A stretch of 64,000 nt of DNA, taken from positions 2,484 through 66,483 of the IMG/VR virus record IMGVR_UViG_3300032084_001411, one strand, 5' to 3'. The notes beneath the pieces were generated by a model that was given only the letters and a program-made list of their open reading frames with translations, did not search any database and had not been told where the DNA came from. Source of the DNA: a virus. This document shows, in pieces, positions 33,901-44,209 of the stretch; within the stretch, counting starts at the first letter, position 1; every line of letters starts with the position of its first letter. The translations under genes were made by a program, and so were the position numbers.

Positions 33901-34560
33901 TTACCCTTTAACGTTCAGGCCACCTTCGGGGTTGTATACGTGGGCGTTATCATCTCTACGAGACCGCACACCTTCAATATTAGTAGATTGTAGGGCCTCT
34001 GCGAGTTTATTTTCCCATTCTGCTTTAAATTCTGTATCTCTCATCCATTCTGCTGCTGCGCTTAAAGACGCATATAGTAAAAGGTCTGGAAACTTTGTTA
34101 TAAAAACATTAGTCTCATTACCTGTACTTAAAACATCTGGTTGAGCCTCATAATCAATAGTAACATTATAGGCTCCATCAGAGGTCGGGGCAATCGCCCA
34201 TGTAGAATCATCTTTATTAGCATAGTATTTAGGCTCATCTGTATCTATTGTACTGGGCCAATAATCTTTAACAAAAGACTCACTTTTTAAAATTAATCTT
34301 TTCAACTCATTATTCACTGTAATATAAACATTATGAGAAACCCGTAAATCGGTAGGTTTAGTCAAGGTCTTCGCATTTGTGGTTAACGCTTTGGAAGTAT
34401 CTTCTTTAGAAAAATCATGGTCAACTAAACGAAATAGCCTTTCTTCTGCTAGATATATAGCAGTAGGAATATAATCAATAAATTCTTGAGAATCATCTTC
34501 AGCAATTTCTTGGATAATAGTTTTTAAATTTGAGAACGATGTAGGTAATGTAGTCGCCAT
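33901..34560 (-). CDS. head-tail adaptor / tail tubular protein A-like
   Basis: IYLAEERL, PKYY, APT.D..Y, PDLLLYASL. Confidence 0.65.
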   Translation of the reverse strand: MATTLPTSFSNLKTIIQEIAEDDSQEFIDYIPTAIYLAEERLFRLVDHDFSKEDTSKALTTNAKTLTKPTDLRVSHNVYITVNNELKRLILKSESFVKDYWPSTIDTDEPKYYANKDDSTWAIAPTSDGAYNVTIDYEAQPDVLSTGNETNVFITKFPDLLLYASLSAAAEWMRDTEFKAEWENKLAEALQSTNIEGVRSRRDDNAHVYNPEGGLNVKG

Positions 34561-34566
34561 TATATC

Positions 34567-36330
34567 TTATGCCCCCTCATAAATAATATTCATTTCACCG
34601 CCATCAAAAGTATCGGTTGTTACAAGTGAAAGTCTATCTAATGTTCCTGTAAGTGTTTTTTCACCAGCCACAACACTTGTTCTTGTGGAATCAGACTGGC
34701 CAAACCACCCTGTACACGTCCATTTATCTGCGGAAGTATCAAGGCGCTCTAGAACCATGCGCCCGTAAATAACATCTGCCGCTACAATACTGTCAAACAA
34801 ATCAAAACCGGAAGAAAGATTGCCCCCTCCTGTACCGGAACCACCAGCATTACCTGTCACAGAACCGAGATACCCACTTGTTTCCAATCCACCACTATCG
34901 CCTATTTGTACTCGTATAGCCGCCGTTCCATTCGCTGAAACAGCGCTTAAGATGATAGTGATTTTATTTGTACCGGAGGGAATAGATGTGAAGTTGATGC
35001 TAGAACCAGAAGTAGTAGCTTGTTTCGTAGCGTATGTTCCGGTTGCTTGGTTTTGGAATGTCGGGAGAGCACCTGCCCCATTAGAGGTAAGTACTTGCCC
35101 ACTAGTGCCTACAGACGCAACAGATTGTTGAGCCGCTGTTGTAGTTGTGCCTCCACATATAACTGCGTAAGCAGTATGGGAAGAACGTCCTGAACCACCA
35201 TTATCAACTGCTAAATCAGTTCCAGACCAATCATCATTATTGATAGTATTTTGCGTAGATATAGAGCCGAGGCCCAAGTTAGTTCTTGCTGTAGCTGCAT
35301 CACTGGCTCCGGTCCCGCCATGTACAACTGCCAAATCAGTCCCGGACCAGTCACCATTATTAATAGTGTCTTGAACAGCCATATCTCCAAGACCCAAATT
35401 ACTACGAGCAGTTGCAGTATTAGCTGCGCCTGTACCGCCATTCGTAATAGATAGAACAGTTCCTGACCAGTCACCGTTATTAATAGTATTTTGAATAGCT
35501 AAGGCCCCAAGCCCTAAATTTGAACGAGCAGTAGTCGCATCACTGGCCCCCGTACCGCCATTCGCAACTGCTAAATCAGTTCCAGACCAATTACTGTCGT
35601 TTATCGTACTTAAAGTAGACAAAGACCCTAGACCTAAAGTAGTCCTTTGGGCAGAGGCGCTCGCATCATCAAGTAGCGCACGACCAGCAGCGGTACATGA
35701 AATTTCTTCTACAGTTCCCGCCCCAGCAGTAGAACGGCCCAAAATAACATCTGTCCCGGTTGTATCTTGCATCTTATCATAAGTAACTGCATCAGAATCA
35801 ATAGTCCAAACCGAACCAGAACCAGAAGTAACAATATCACCTTTATCCCCGTCAGGAATAGAGGCTCCGCCAGTAGCTGCAATATAAGCAACAATACTTT
35901 CAGCAGAGGCCACATTAGTAGCGGTAGCGCTAACCATAGTATCGTCATCAATAAACGTTAACCCGCTAAAAGTATCTAAATTAACGTTATATGCTTGAAC
36001 AGAGGAACCTATATCCCCGTTCAATAAAATAGTTCCACTAGCATCAGGAATCGTTAATGTGCGTGTTGTACCTGTAGTAATACCGGAAAGTTGGAAATTA
36101 AGTTCTTTTGTATCATCAACTTCATCTTGAAGAGCAAAAGTACTGTCTGGTATAGTAATTGAACCGCCAGTAATAGAAACTGAATCGGCATCCTGTGTAG
36201 CAATAGTGCCAAGAGTATCGGTAATAATTTCAGATATAGGGACTTGATAAAGCGCCCCACCAATATTAACGATAGCTTTATGCGAGCTACTTACTTCATT
36301 TGATGTGGGTAAATCATTAGGTGCGGTCAT
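34567..36330 (-). CDS. tail fibre protein with 40-aa repeats
   Basis: [16 protein letters not shown] repeats, GQVLTSNG. Confidence 0.85.
   Translation of the reverse strand: MTAPNDLPTSNEVSSSHKAIVNIGGALYQVPISEIITDTLGTIATQDADSVSITGGSITIPDSTFALQDEVDDTKELNFQLSGITTGTTRTLTIPDASGTILLNGDIGSSVQAYNVNLDTFSGLTFIDDDTMVSATATNVASAESIVAYIAATGGASIPDGDKGDIVTSGSGSVWTIDSDAVTYDKMQDTTGTDVILGRSTAGAGTVEEISCTAAGRALLDDASASAQRTTLGLGSLSTLSTINDSNWSGTDLAVANGGTGASDATTARSNLGLGALAIQNTINNGDWSGTVLSITNGGTGAANTATARSNLGLGDMAVQDTINNGDWSGTDLAVVHGGTGASDAATARTNLGLGSISTQNTINNDDWSGTDLAVDNGGSGRSSHTAYAVICGGTTTTAAQQSVASVGTSGQVLTSNGAGALPTFQNQATGTYATKQATTSGSSINFTSIPSGTNKITIILSAVSANGTAAIRVQIGDSGGLETSGYLGSVTGNAGGSGTGGGNLSSGFDLFDSIVAADVIYGRMVLERLDTSADKWTCTGWFGQSDSTRTSVVAGEKTLTGTLDRLSLVTTDTFDGGEMNIIYEGA
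35190..35640 (-). repeat. about four imperfect 120-nt coding tandem repeats
   Basis: [14 protein letters not shown] unit; AACTGCTAAATCAGTTCCAGACCA recurs 360 nt apart. Confidence 0.85.
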
Positions 36331-36681
36331 TAACTAATCTCCAACGCATTTTGTTCTAAATTATCCGTATGTAGTTTATCTGCAGTAGTAGTACCACTAA
36401 TCTCTAAATAGAGACTTAGTACAGTAGATACAGCGCCAGAAGGAACATCTCGGCCATTCTGCAGCTTCTGAGGCTCTGCAGGAACCAAGGGGTCTTTATA
36501 AGCTTCTGTTAAGTTCCATTTACCATCATCTTCTGATTTATGAATCCAACGGCCTGTTCCTTGTTCAAGTTTCATTTGAGAATAACGATAAGGCATACCT
36601 GAACGGTCACTAAAACCAGTAACCCCTTTAGGACTAGCCCATTTTTTACGACCTAAAATTCTACCTCTTTTTATTCTCATT
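36330..36681 (-). CDS. hypothetical virion-module protein
   Basis: [14 protein letters not shown] motif; coupled to neighbours. Confidence 0.6.
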
Positions 36682-37363
36682 ATCCACTCACATCTGGATA
36701 GACCCAAAAATCTACCCGCTCTCTATCTTCCAAAAATGCTCTATCTAATCGCATTTCATATTCTTCATAAATTCTTTGTACTTTATCTGCTTCAATGCCT
36801 TCTTTCTTAAAAGACATGAAGTAGGCCAGCCCCATTGATAAGGCTGGAAGGTATCTATAATTTACATCTGCCAATTGATAAGATTTAGTAATATCTTTAT
36901 GTCTACGCATTCCCCAATATTCTAAAGTCCCTGCCGCTGCACTGGAATCCGGGACGGGCCAAATAGATAGTTTTGCCGGAGAAGTAGTTCTATCAAAAGC
37001 ATAAGTAGTAGGACTACCTTCAGTAGTTTTAGTGGGTATGTTAAAGTAGTCGAAAAGAGAAGTGGGTAAGAGTTGGATTTCCACGTTATCGGAAGTTTTA
37101 AAATTAACGTCTAAAACCCCAATAATATCTGAATCTAGAGTATAATCAGCTTGGTCTTCTACTAAAGTAACAGAGTTCTTCTCTAAATGGGCTAAAGGGT
37201 ACTCACGATTAACTAAATCAATTAGCAATAAGTTAAGAGAACGTCTCGCCGAGCGCATATCGTAGCCATTAGTATACTCGCCTTTCAAAATATCAAAAGC
37301 TTCTTCTAATATCTCATCAACTGGTAAATTGAAACTAGTTGTACTAGCTAATGCCTCTGGCAC
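36680..37363 (-). CDS. head-tail connector/adaptor protein
   Basis: ILEEAF..GYDMRSARRSLNLL..IWPVPD..GLAY. Confidence 0.7.
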   Translation of the reverse strand: MPEALASTTSFNLPVDEILEEAFDILKGEYTNGYDMRSARRSLNLLLIDLVNREYPLAHLEKNSVTLVEDQADYTLDSDIIGVLDVNFKTSDNVEIQLLPTSLFDYFNIPTKTTEGSPTTYAFDRTTSPAKLSIWPVPDSSAAAGTLEYWGMRRHKDITKSYQLADVNYRYLPALSMGLAYFMSFKKEGIEADKVQRIYEEYEMRLDRAFLEDRERVDFWVYPDVSG

Positions 37364-37382
37364 GATAATTCTCCTTAACGTG

Positions 37383-37394
37383 TATTATACCATA
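37383..37394 (-). promoter_or_regulatory. extended -10 promoter TATGGTATAATA
   Basis: Intergenic, upstream of SD AAGGAG of adaptor gene. Confidence 0.55.
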
Positions 37395-37417
37395 GAGTTA
37401 AATGGGGCAGAAAGCTA

Positions 37418-38998
37418 CTAAGCTGTTATAAATCCGTAGCTTGTTAAAGGGCTAGGCGCTATGGTTACCCAAGTCGCACCTTTTCTATCCCCAAATATCC
37501 GCGCTCCCGGTGGGTCAAGATGTAGCCCATCCCCGGTAACATAGCTCTCACCTAAGTCATCCAAGCTCGTTACTCCGATATTCGAAAGCCTGTTTGGTGT
37601 ATCGTTGATAACCCCGTTGATTGTGTCGCTATTCACGCTGTCATTGTCAAAGAACCCGCCAAGCGTTCCAAGCTCAATCGGAGTGCTTGCCGTTGTGCCG
37701 TTCAACCCTGCCCCCCTGAACGCAGCAAAAAGCGCATCAAGAGCGGTTTCATATGCAGCCTCGCTTGTCCCGTCCGAAGCATCCGCATAGCCCTGATGCC
37801 AGCTTATTAGCGCTTGCTGATAATGCGGTAAAAGCGCCTTCATTGCGTTTGAGCGGGTAAAGAAATCATCATAAATCGGGTCAGTTGCTACCCAGTAATC
37901 CCGCAAGCCTGTACTATCTACCAAGCCCGAACCGCCCTTTGCTCCGGGCTGCACAACAATCCTGATACGGTCTGCGTATAAAGGATTATCCAGATACGCA
38001 AGATACGCCTTACAGGCATTCAGGTGCGGCCCTACATCATCATTTGCCGATTTGTCCCAGTGGTCAAAAGTTTGACACCCAAGGATAATTTCGCCATCAT
38101 CACCGCCACGGCCATATTGTAAAATACGGAAATCATGCTCATCTGCCCCGCTTCCGGTCCCATATTCAGGGTCATTCGGAAATTGTGCGTTTACCGTGTT
38201 CCCCTGTTCCTGAGACTGCCCGCCGCTATCTATCACAACAAAGATAAGGTCACGCCGCCATTGCCGCTCATAATAGCGCTGTAGCTGCAATCGCTCCGTT
38301 TCGCTTAAAATCTTCTCATAACCTAAAATCGTTCCGATAGGGATGTTATTGCAAAAATCCGTTGTGGCCCCGTTATTATCCCGCGCAAAGAACAGCAAAG
38401 GATTATCACAGTCCGCAGTGGGGATTGTGTATGATGCTGATGTCAACGTTAAGGCAGAGCCGTTCAGGTAAGCCGTGAGTGTCCCGGTGCTATTTTCCCA
38501 AGAAACCACAAGAAAATAATATGTGCTTGTTGATAGAACAGCGCTGCTTGTGGACGGGAAAGCATCACCAGCGCCGAAAAGGATTGTTCCGTCATTCCGC
38601 AAGCTTATATACATTCGCCGCCCTGTAGCGTCCTGAGCGCCGAAAAGAGCGTCCGTTCCCAAAGTGGCGGGCGTTTCAAAGCAGAATACCCACGTATAAT
38701 CTTTTTGGTATTCGTTCACGATTGTTGAACTCATCGCCTTTGTGGATGCGGTGTTGTAAAAACAATGGCGAAAATTCGAGAACTTTGGCGCATGACCTAC
38801 ACCGTTCCCGCTGGATATCTCCGTAAGATTATTCCCTTGCCCGGATTGGTCAGGAACAGCGGAGCAAAAACGTGATGCTCCAGCCGCCGCAATTTCATAC
38901 GTCAAATCAAATGTTTTCGTAACCGGGGAAGTGGATAGCGTTGTATAGGCTTGTGGGTCATACTCCGCAATAAGATTAGATATATCAGAGGGTATCAT
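37418..38998 (-). CDS. LamG-like domain plus SGNH/sialate O-acetylesterase-type (SASA/CE6) esterase
   Basis: GGQSQ, AKGGSGL, WHQGYADA, DGLHL motifs; N-terminal concanavalin-like beta sandwich. Confidence 0.75.
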   Translation of the reverse strand: MIPSDISNLIAEYDPQAYTTLSTSPVTKTFDLTYEIAAAGASRFCSAVPDQSGQGNNLTEISSGNGVGHAPKFSNFRHCFYNTASTKAMSSTIVNEYQKDYTWVFCFETPATLGTDALFGAQDATGRRMYISLRNDGTILFGAGDAFPSTSSAVLSTSTYYFLVVSWENSTGTLTAYLNGSALTLTSASYTIPTADCDNPLLFFARDNNGATTDFCNNIPIGTILGYEKILSETERLQLQRYYERQWRRDLIFVVIDSGGQSQEQGNTVNAQFPNDPEYGTGSGADEHDFRILQYGRGGDDGEIILGCQTFDHWDKSANDDVGPHLNACKAYLAYLDNPLYADRIRIVVQPGAKGGSGLVDSTGLRDYWVATDPIYDDFFTRSNAMKALLPHYQQALISWHQGYADASDGTSEAAYETALDALFAAFRGAGLNGTTASTPIELGTLGGFFDNDSVNSDTINGVINDTPNRLSNIGVTSLDDLGESYVTGDGLHLDPPGARIFGDRKGATWVTIAPSPLTSYGFITA

Positions 38999-39002
38999 AT
39001 TA

Positions 39003-39854
39003 TTACGTCCAAAACACCTCAATCGCATCAACAAGGTTCTGCAATTGAACGGCGCTAGGAGCAAGCGGCGCGGCAACAAAGGCGTGAACCTCTATATTAG
39101 CATAAGTAGTGTTTGAGCGGCCAAGCTTCATTGTTCCATCTGCCGCCCGCATATCAACGCCGCCAAGAGAACGCGCTGAACCGTCCGTTGTGAAGGTTGC
39201 CGCACTAACAATATTTGAATACGGCCTAAAGGATTGTGATGCTAAAAGTACGCCAATTTGATAATCAACGCCCGTACTGTATGCCGCCGTGTTATCCCTT
39301 AAATCCGTTCCCGCGTCCGTTCCTGTGATTGTTGAGCGAAATTTATTCCCCGTACTTGAACGCTGTATCATGTCGAAAGAATTTGTTGTCGCGTCCTTAT
39401 CGGACATAAGACCGTCATTCGATGTGAATGCTACGTGATTGCAAAACAGTATCCAAAACCCATCCGGCGTCTGTATATTTGTATACCCGCTATCGATACT
39501 TTGGTTTGTTCCGTTGAGCGTATAACCACTAGCTTGTGCAAATGTCGGGCTGTTTGCTGGGGTTGCCGTGGTGTTCCCTGTTACGTCTGGAATCGTAGCG
39601 CCACCCGCAGTTAAACCCCGGTAAAGCTGTATAGTTCCCCCCGCCGCCTTGATATCGGCAAAAGCATTTGAGCTTGTGAAAGATACCGCCTTGAGAGCTT
39701 GCAATAAACTATCTGCATTAGCGCTTGGTGCGCTCGCTCCAGCATCAATCCAAGCTTGTGCATCTGCATCTATACTACCACCGCCTTCTGCGGTGTACAT
39801 AGATTCCTGCATACTATTTAAAAAACTGTCAATAGCGGAAGAGGCTACACTCAT
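39003..39854 (-). CDS. putative virion protein, concanavalin/LamG-like
   Basis: DADAQAWI, GYTLNGTNQSIDSGY motifs. Confidence 0.6.
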   Translation of the reverse strand: MSVASSAIDSFLNSMQESMYTAEGGGSIDADAQAWIDAGASAPSANADSLLQALKAVSFTSSNAFADIKAAGGTIQLYRGLTAGGATIPDVTGNTTATPANSPTFAQASGYTLNGTNQSIDSGYTNIQTPDGFWILFCNHVAFTSNDGLMSDKDATTNSFDMIQRSSTGNKFRSTITGTDAGTDLRDNTAAYSTGVDYQIGVLLASQSFRPYSNIVSAATFTTDGSARSLGGVDMRAADGTMKLGRSNTTYANIEVHAFVAAPLAPSAVQLQNLVDAIEVFWT

Positions 39855-39866
39855 GAATAACCCCTT

Positions 39867-40196
39867 CTAAATTTGACCTTGAACTTTGGCTGTCCCGTTT
39901 GTGCCTGTCTTAGTTACTCGAACAAATGTGAAAGAGCCTAGAAGTGCATCATTTTCATCAGTATTTCCAGTATAAGATTTAATTACAGTAATGTCTTCTG
40001 CTGCTACAGTACCGAGGTCTGTAGCATCTTTAGCTTCAATAGTTGTACCTTCGATATCAACTGTATCGGAAGCATTCATATTAACTTGAATTGTTCGGTT
40101 TTGGTCACCTCCAGCGTACTTAGTGTAGAGAGGAATCCAATTACCACTTCCAGCCGCCGAATCATTATAAAGGACTACGTGTCTTTTTATGCTCAT
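39867..40196 (-). CDS. hypothetical virion protein
   Basis: 109-aa beta-rich protein, FTFVRV. Confidence 0.6.
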   Translation of the reverse strand: MSIKRHVVLYNDSAAGSGNWIPLYTKYAGGDQNRTIQVNMNASDTVDIEGTTIEAKDATDLGTVAAEDITVIKSYTGNTDENDALLGSFTFVRVTKTGTNGTAKVQGQI

Positions 40197-40254
40197 TATT
40201 TTACCTTTTTTGGAGCCTTAAAGTTTTTGATTGTTACTAATTATATCACATAGA

Positions 40255-40289
40255 AGAGAAAACAAGAAAGCCCCGCTAGGGGGCTTTCT
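40255..40289 (-). terminator. intrinsic terminator after major capsid gene
   Basis: AGAAAGCCCC-CTAGC-GGGGCTTTCT followed by T-rich tract on - strand. Confidence 0.8.
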
Positions 40290-40329
40290 GCTTAGTGTCA
40301 AGTGAGGAACAACACCAAAATCTTAGTTA

Positions 40330-41265
40330 TTAGGATGCACCTGCTGAACCGTAAACTTTACGCCAGTTACCAACCATGAACGCGTAACGCTCAGTAGCAG
40401 TGGTAATGATGTTACCAGTATAGGGGTCAGTGTACTCCATGTCGATTTCGAGAGGTCTACGCTGCCAATGTACAAGACCGTAGTCTACATCAGTCAGAAT
40501 GAACCAAGCATTTGTATCTGTAAGATAATCATATACCATAATGTCGTTGAAGAAACCTTTAGATTTCAAACTATTGACATTGTTAGTATTAGAAATCCCG
40601 TCTGTACCGAAAGACACTGTAGTAGTGCTCAGGTCAGATTTAAGAATTTCAAATGCATCGAACGCATCGTCAGGGTGAACAATCAGCTTTTGAGGTGATA
40701 CCTTGATTTTAAGCTGACGGTCGTCAACAAAGTCTGTACGGATAGACGTGATAGCGTTCTTAATAGACGTATCAGCAATATCTGCACTTACAGTGTTAGA
40801 AACCGTTCCACCAAACTGGAGTGGGTGGGAAGCATTACACAAACTTACACCGTCACCAATAGTAGTACCTGCATCAAAAGCTAGGTTAAGTACAGAAGCT
40901 CCGCGAAGTTCTTTGGTTTCACCCATAGAACGTGAGAGGTTCTGACCCATAAGCTCAGATTTAGATTCATACAAGTTATCTTCGATAGCTTCACGAGTAA
41001 TCGCAAAACCAAGTCCAATAACTGAGTGCTCAGCACGAGCTGTGTAACCATCGCTCATTGTATCCAAGAAGATTTGGTCGCCTTCTGGCTTAACAGGAGC
41101 GAGTCCTGTACCAACACTCATTACCATTTCTTCATAGGCTTTTTCAGAGTTCTTAGTTTCAAAAACCTGCTTACACTGTTCGGTGAATCGGGCATAGTTT
41201 TTACCCATTAGCCCCGCAAGTCCGGGACGAAGGCGTTTTACAATATCTGCTCTACTTAGTGGCAT
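40330..41265 (-). CDS. major capsid protein (Mu gpT-like family)
   Basis: LRPGL, SEKAYEE, GFAITREAIEDNLY, GDGVSLCNASHP, YLTDTNAWF, ERYAF..NWR..YGS.G. Confidence 0.9.
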   Translation of the reverse strand: MPLSRADIVKRLRPGLAGLMGKNYARFTEQCKQVFETKNSEKAYEEMVMSVGTGLAPVKPEGDQIFLDTMSDGYTARAEHSVIGLGFAITREAIEDNLYESKSELMGQNLSRSMGETKELRGASVLNLAFDAGTTIGDGVSLCNASHPLQFGGTVSNTVSADIADTSIKNAITSIRTDFVDDRQLKIKVSPQKLIVHPDDAFDAFEILKSDLSTTTVSFGTDGISNTNNVNSLKSKGFFNDIMVYDYLTDTNAWFILTDVDYGLVHWQRRPLEIDMEYTDPYTGNIITTATERYAFMVGNWRKVYGSAGAS

Positions 41266-41283
41266 AATCTATATTCCCTTCCT

Positions 41284-41829
41284 TTAGACGAACTTAACGA
41301 GAACAGTTGCACCTGTATCGCCAAAATCATTTCCTTGTGTTTCATCAATCGCTACGATTTCTACCAGACGGTTTTCTGAAGTAACAGAAGCGTCCAAATC
41401 AACAACCGCTTGAGAACGACCAAGGGTTACTGTACCCGCGTCCTTAAGTCGGAACTGTTGGCCGATATGTGTTTGAGCCAAAGCTGCGTCTGCCGTATCG
41501 ATTCTAAAAAGGCGGTCGGCAACTGGTTCCAGAATAGCAACAACATCTGTGAATTGTCCAATTTTACCGCTGTTTGTAGTACCCGCTGGGAAGTTATTCA
41601 GCATTTGCCATTGTCCGTTAGCATCGATATACTCGATTCCACGGAGAATATAGGTGGCTTGTACTGTTTCTGCTGCGAGAATCACGTAACCGTCCGTATG
41701 GATAACAACTGGGTCGCCGTAGCCAATAGCCGTACCATAACCATCATCAATGGTTGCACGAACTAGACCAACAGCACCAGTGATACCATTAGAACTTTTA
41801 CCTGTAGAATTAAGACCTGTATTAGCCAT
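41284..41829 (-). CDS. capsid decoration/minor head protein
   Basis: GYGTAIGYGDPV motif; directly upstream of MCP. Confidence 0.6.
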   Translation of the reverse strand: MANTGLNSTGKSSNGITGAVGLVRATIDDGYGTAIGYGDPVVIHTDGYVILAAETVQATYILRGIEYIDANGQWQMLNNFPAGTTNSGKIGQFTDVVAILEPVADRLFRIDTADAALAQTHIGQQFRLKDAGTVTLGRSQAVVDLDASVTSENRLVEIVAIDETQGNDFGDTGATVLVKFV

Positions 41830-41897
41830 ACAAAAAGTCTCCTTCTCTAGTTAGCCCCCATTTGGTTAGCATAAGATTAAAGAAGGAGGGAGCACCG

Positions 41898-42512
41898 TTA
41901 GTCTTTAAAAAATCCTTCTTTAACTTTTAAATGTGAGGAACCGTGTTTAAAATCTTTCACAAACGCATCATCATTCTTTTTATATTCTTGTTGCGCGGTA
42001 GAAAGTTGGTCTGAGACCAAACTACGATTCTCTTCTTGTCTATAATCTCGATACTCTACTGGAATCTTCATAAGAACCAAATGTTCTTTACGAATACCTT
42101 CCTGTGAATTTCTATCATCTTCAATATCTGCCCATTCTTCTTGATAAGAATATTTCGTCATACCAGACAAAAAGGTAGGGTCAGTATTTTTAATGTCTTG
42201 TGCTGTAACTAAATCGCCACCAAGACTCATATAAAAATTTATACGAGAATTACTGAACGCTTTTGTTTTAGCGTCAACTACAGCTACCCAACGTAGAAAA
42301 TATCCTTCTTTCTCAAAATAGTCCTTCATTTCTTCAGGAAAACTTAGGTCGTTTGGGCGACGAAAACTATCGCGGTCAAACTTTTTCCGTGATTCAGAAC
42401 GAGATGCTCTGGGGGCACGAGAAACAGTTTCCTTTTCTTCTTGAGGGGAAGCTTCTTGTTGAACTTCTGTATCTGTAGTATCTGTATCTTTATCTTTTTT
42501 CTTAAAAGCCAT
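41898..42512 (-). CDS. hypothetical head-module protein
   Basis: GYFLRWV..LVLMKIP motif. Confidence 0.6.
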   Translation of the reverse strand: MAFKKKDKDTDTTDTEVQQEASPQEEKETVSRAPRASRSESRKKFDRDSFRRPNDLSFPEEMKDYFEKEGYFLRWVAVVDAKTKAFSNSRINFYMSLGGDLVTAQDIKNTDPTFLSGMTKYSYQEEWADIEDDRNSQEGIRKEHLVLMKIPVEYRDYRQEENRSLVSDQLSTAQQEYKKNDDAFVKDFKHGSSHLKVKEGFFKD

Positions 42513-42527
42513 TATATATTTCCTTTC

Positions 42528-43703
42528 CTAGAACTTAGTCCGTTGTTGGTCTTTTTTAACCTCAAGAGCATATTCTTCGAGAGTCATATGCCTTTGCAAA
42601 TGATTCTTCCAGTAGTTATGCATCTCTTTGGTAATTACAACTTTATTTGATTTAGTGGAGTTGTTTAGATTAGGAGAAGACGAACGGGAAGCGCCCTTGG
42701 CAGGAACTTTTTTGGCTTTATTAGCTTTTTGTGGTTTTTCCGTCTCACCAGACGTGTCGTCAGGATTACTCCCTTTATCGCTATTAATATATTCTAACGC
42801 ATCTACCCCATCATTTGCAAGTGCTTCATAATAATCAAATTTACTAGTTAGTCTAATATCCATTTCTTCGTAAAAGATAGGGTCAGTATTTGAAAAACCT
42901 TCTTGCAATAATTGACGCGCTACATTAGCCATTTCCTGCCTAACAGGAGAGACAAGTTTCCTCTGGTCTACTGTTAGCTCCCGGTACTCATCATTGTTAA
43001 TAATAAACTCTTTACCCAGAGTCCAATCTTCAGCAGCCTCACTTAGGCTGGAAGATTGTGGCTCTCGGGTATTAGGCTGCGGGTTCTGTGCCTGAGCGGA
43101 ATTATTACCTGTTTTCTTATCTGCATTGACCATTGATTGCAGATTTCTAATATGTGTTTGTGAATCAATAAGCTGTTTCGTAACAGAAGCAATAGCTTCC
43201 CCATCATTATCTTCGGCGGCTCGTTTAAGTTGGGCTTCAAGTCTAGCTACATCAGCGGTAAGCCGTTCTAGCTCTACTTTAGCATAAGTAGATGTTGTTT
43301 CATCGTATTCGGATTGAAGCTTTTCCATTTGAGCATTTTGTTGCTCCAAAACCATTTCCAACTGACGATTCTTTTCATTTAAGTCTTGAATTCGTTGTTT
43401 AGCACGAGACTTTCTTTTCTTCTCAGTCGCTTCAGCCTTTTTTCTCTTCTCTTCATCTTCTCGGTTATCTTCTTCGGCAACTGGGGCGGGGTCTTCTTCA
43501 ATAGGCTCTTCCTCGATAATAACATCGCCAGTTTCTGTTACTTCTAGCTCTAAATCACCTTCATCTTCTTGGATAGTATTTCCATCAACATCAATTTGGA
43601 AAGAAACTTTATTTGAAGTCTCGTTCCCACCATCATCGTCACTGAGAAAGTCGTCTAGACCATCTCCATCTTGAATCTCAATTTCCATTTTTTCTTTTGG
43701 CAT
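42528..43703 (-). CDS. putative capsid scaffolding protein
   Basis: Acidic N-terminus, coiled coil, C-terminal MTLEEYA. Confidence 0.65.
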   Translation of the reverse strand: MPKEKMEIEIQDGDGLDDFLSDDDGGNETSNKVSFQIDVDGNTIQEDEGDLELEVTETGDVIIEEEPIEEDPAPVAEEDNREDEEKRKKAEATEKKRKSRAKQRIQDLNEKNRQLEMVLEQQNAQMEKLQSEYDETTSTYAKVELERLTADVARLEAQLKRAAEDNDGEAIASVTKQLIDSQTHIRNLQSMVNADKKTGNNSAQAQNPQPNTREPQSSSLSEAAEDWTLGKEFIINNDEYRELTVDQRKLVSPVRQEMANVARQLLQEGFSNTDPIFYEEMDIRLTSKFDYYEALANDGVDALEYINSDKGSNPDDTSGETEKPQKANKAKKVPAKGASRSSSPNLNNSTKSNKVVITKEMHNYWKNHLQRHMTLEEYALEVKKDQQRTKF

Positions 43704-43720
43704 AAAGTACGTTCCCTTTC

Positions 43721-44209
43721 TTAACCGTTAACCTCTTGTATCTGTTTTTGTAGTTCTTGCAATAGTGAAGCATCGTAATCATAATAAGGATTAATGTCTC
43801 GAATATCATCTACTGTATATAAAAGCGCTTCGTCTGGCATTAGATAGAATTTCCGTCCACCATGAATAATCGTTTGAGAGAAGGATGCTCTAGAAAATAC
43901 AGCATAGTCTCCCGGTTGACACCAAGGTATAAATTCATCTGTTTCTGGATTTTTAAATTTATTATGTTTATAGGCTAATTCACCTAATTTTACCACTACA
44001 CCTGCGGTAATCATATTCTCATGGGTTTCCGCTACATCCTCGGGTAAATCAATAGTAAAACCAGTATTGCTATCTTTTATAGAAGGTTTGAGAGCAATAG
44101 GGTATACTAAAACATACCACGAACCTTTAAGATTTGGCAAGGTTTTAGGTAATTTTAATTCCTCGTTATCGAAAGTCATTAAATCATCAAGTTTTTGAAT
44201 CTGTGTCAT
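43721..44209 (-). CDS. groES: GroES-like co-chaperonin
   Basis: YVLVYP, GVVVKLGELAY, PWCQPGDYAVF, FYLMPDE; adjacent to GroEL. Confidence 0.75.
   Translation of the reverse strand: MTQIQKLDDLMTFDNEELKLPKTLPNLKGSWYVLVYPIALKPSIKDSNTGFTIDLPEDVAETHENMITAGVVVKLGELAYKHNKFKNPETDEFIPWCQPGDYAVFSRASFSQTIIHGGRKFYLMPDEALLYTVDDIRDINPYYDYDASLLQELQKQIQEVNG

Noticed and set aside
35190-35640. Tail-fibre repeats as a CRISPR array or DGR template/variable pair
   Set aside because: In-frame 120-nt coding repeats; no reverse transcriptase and no adenine-specific pattern evident.
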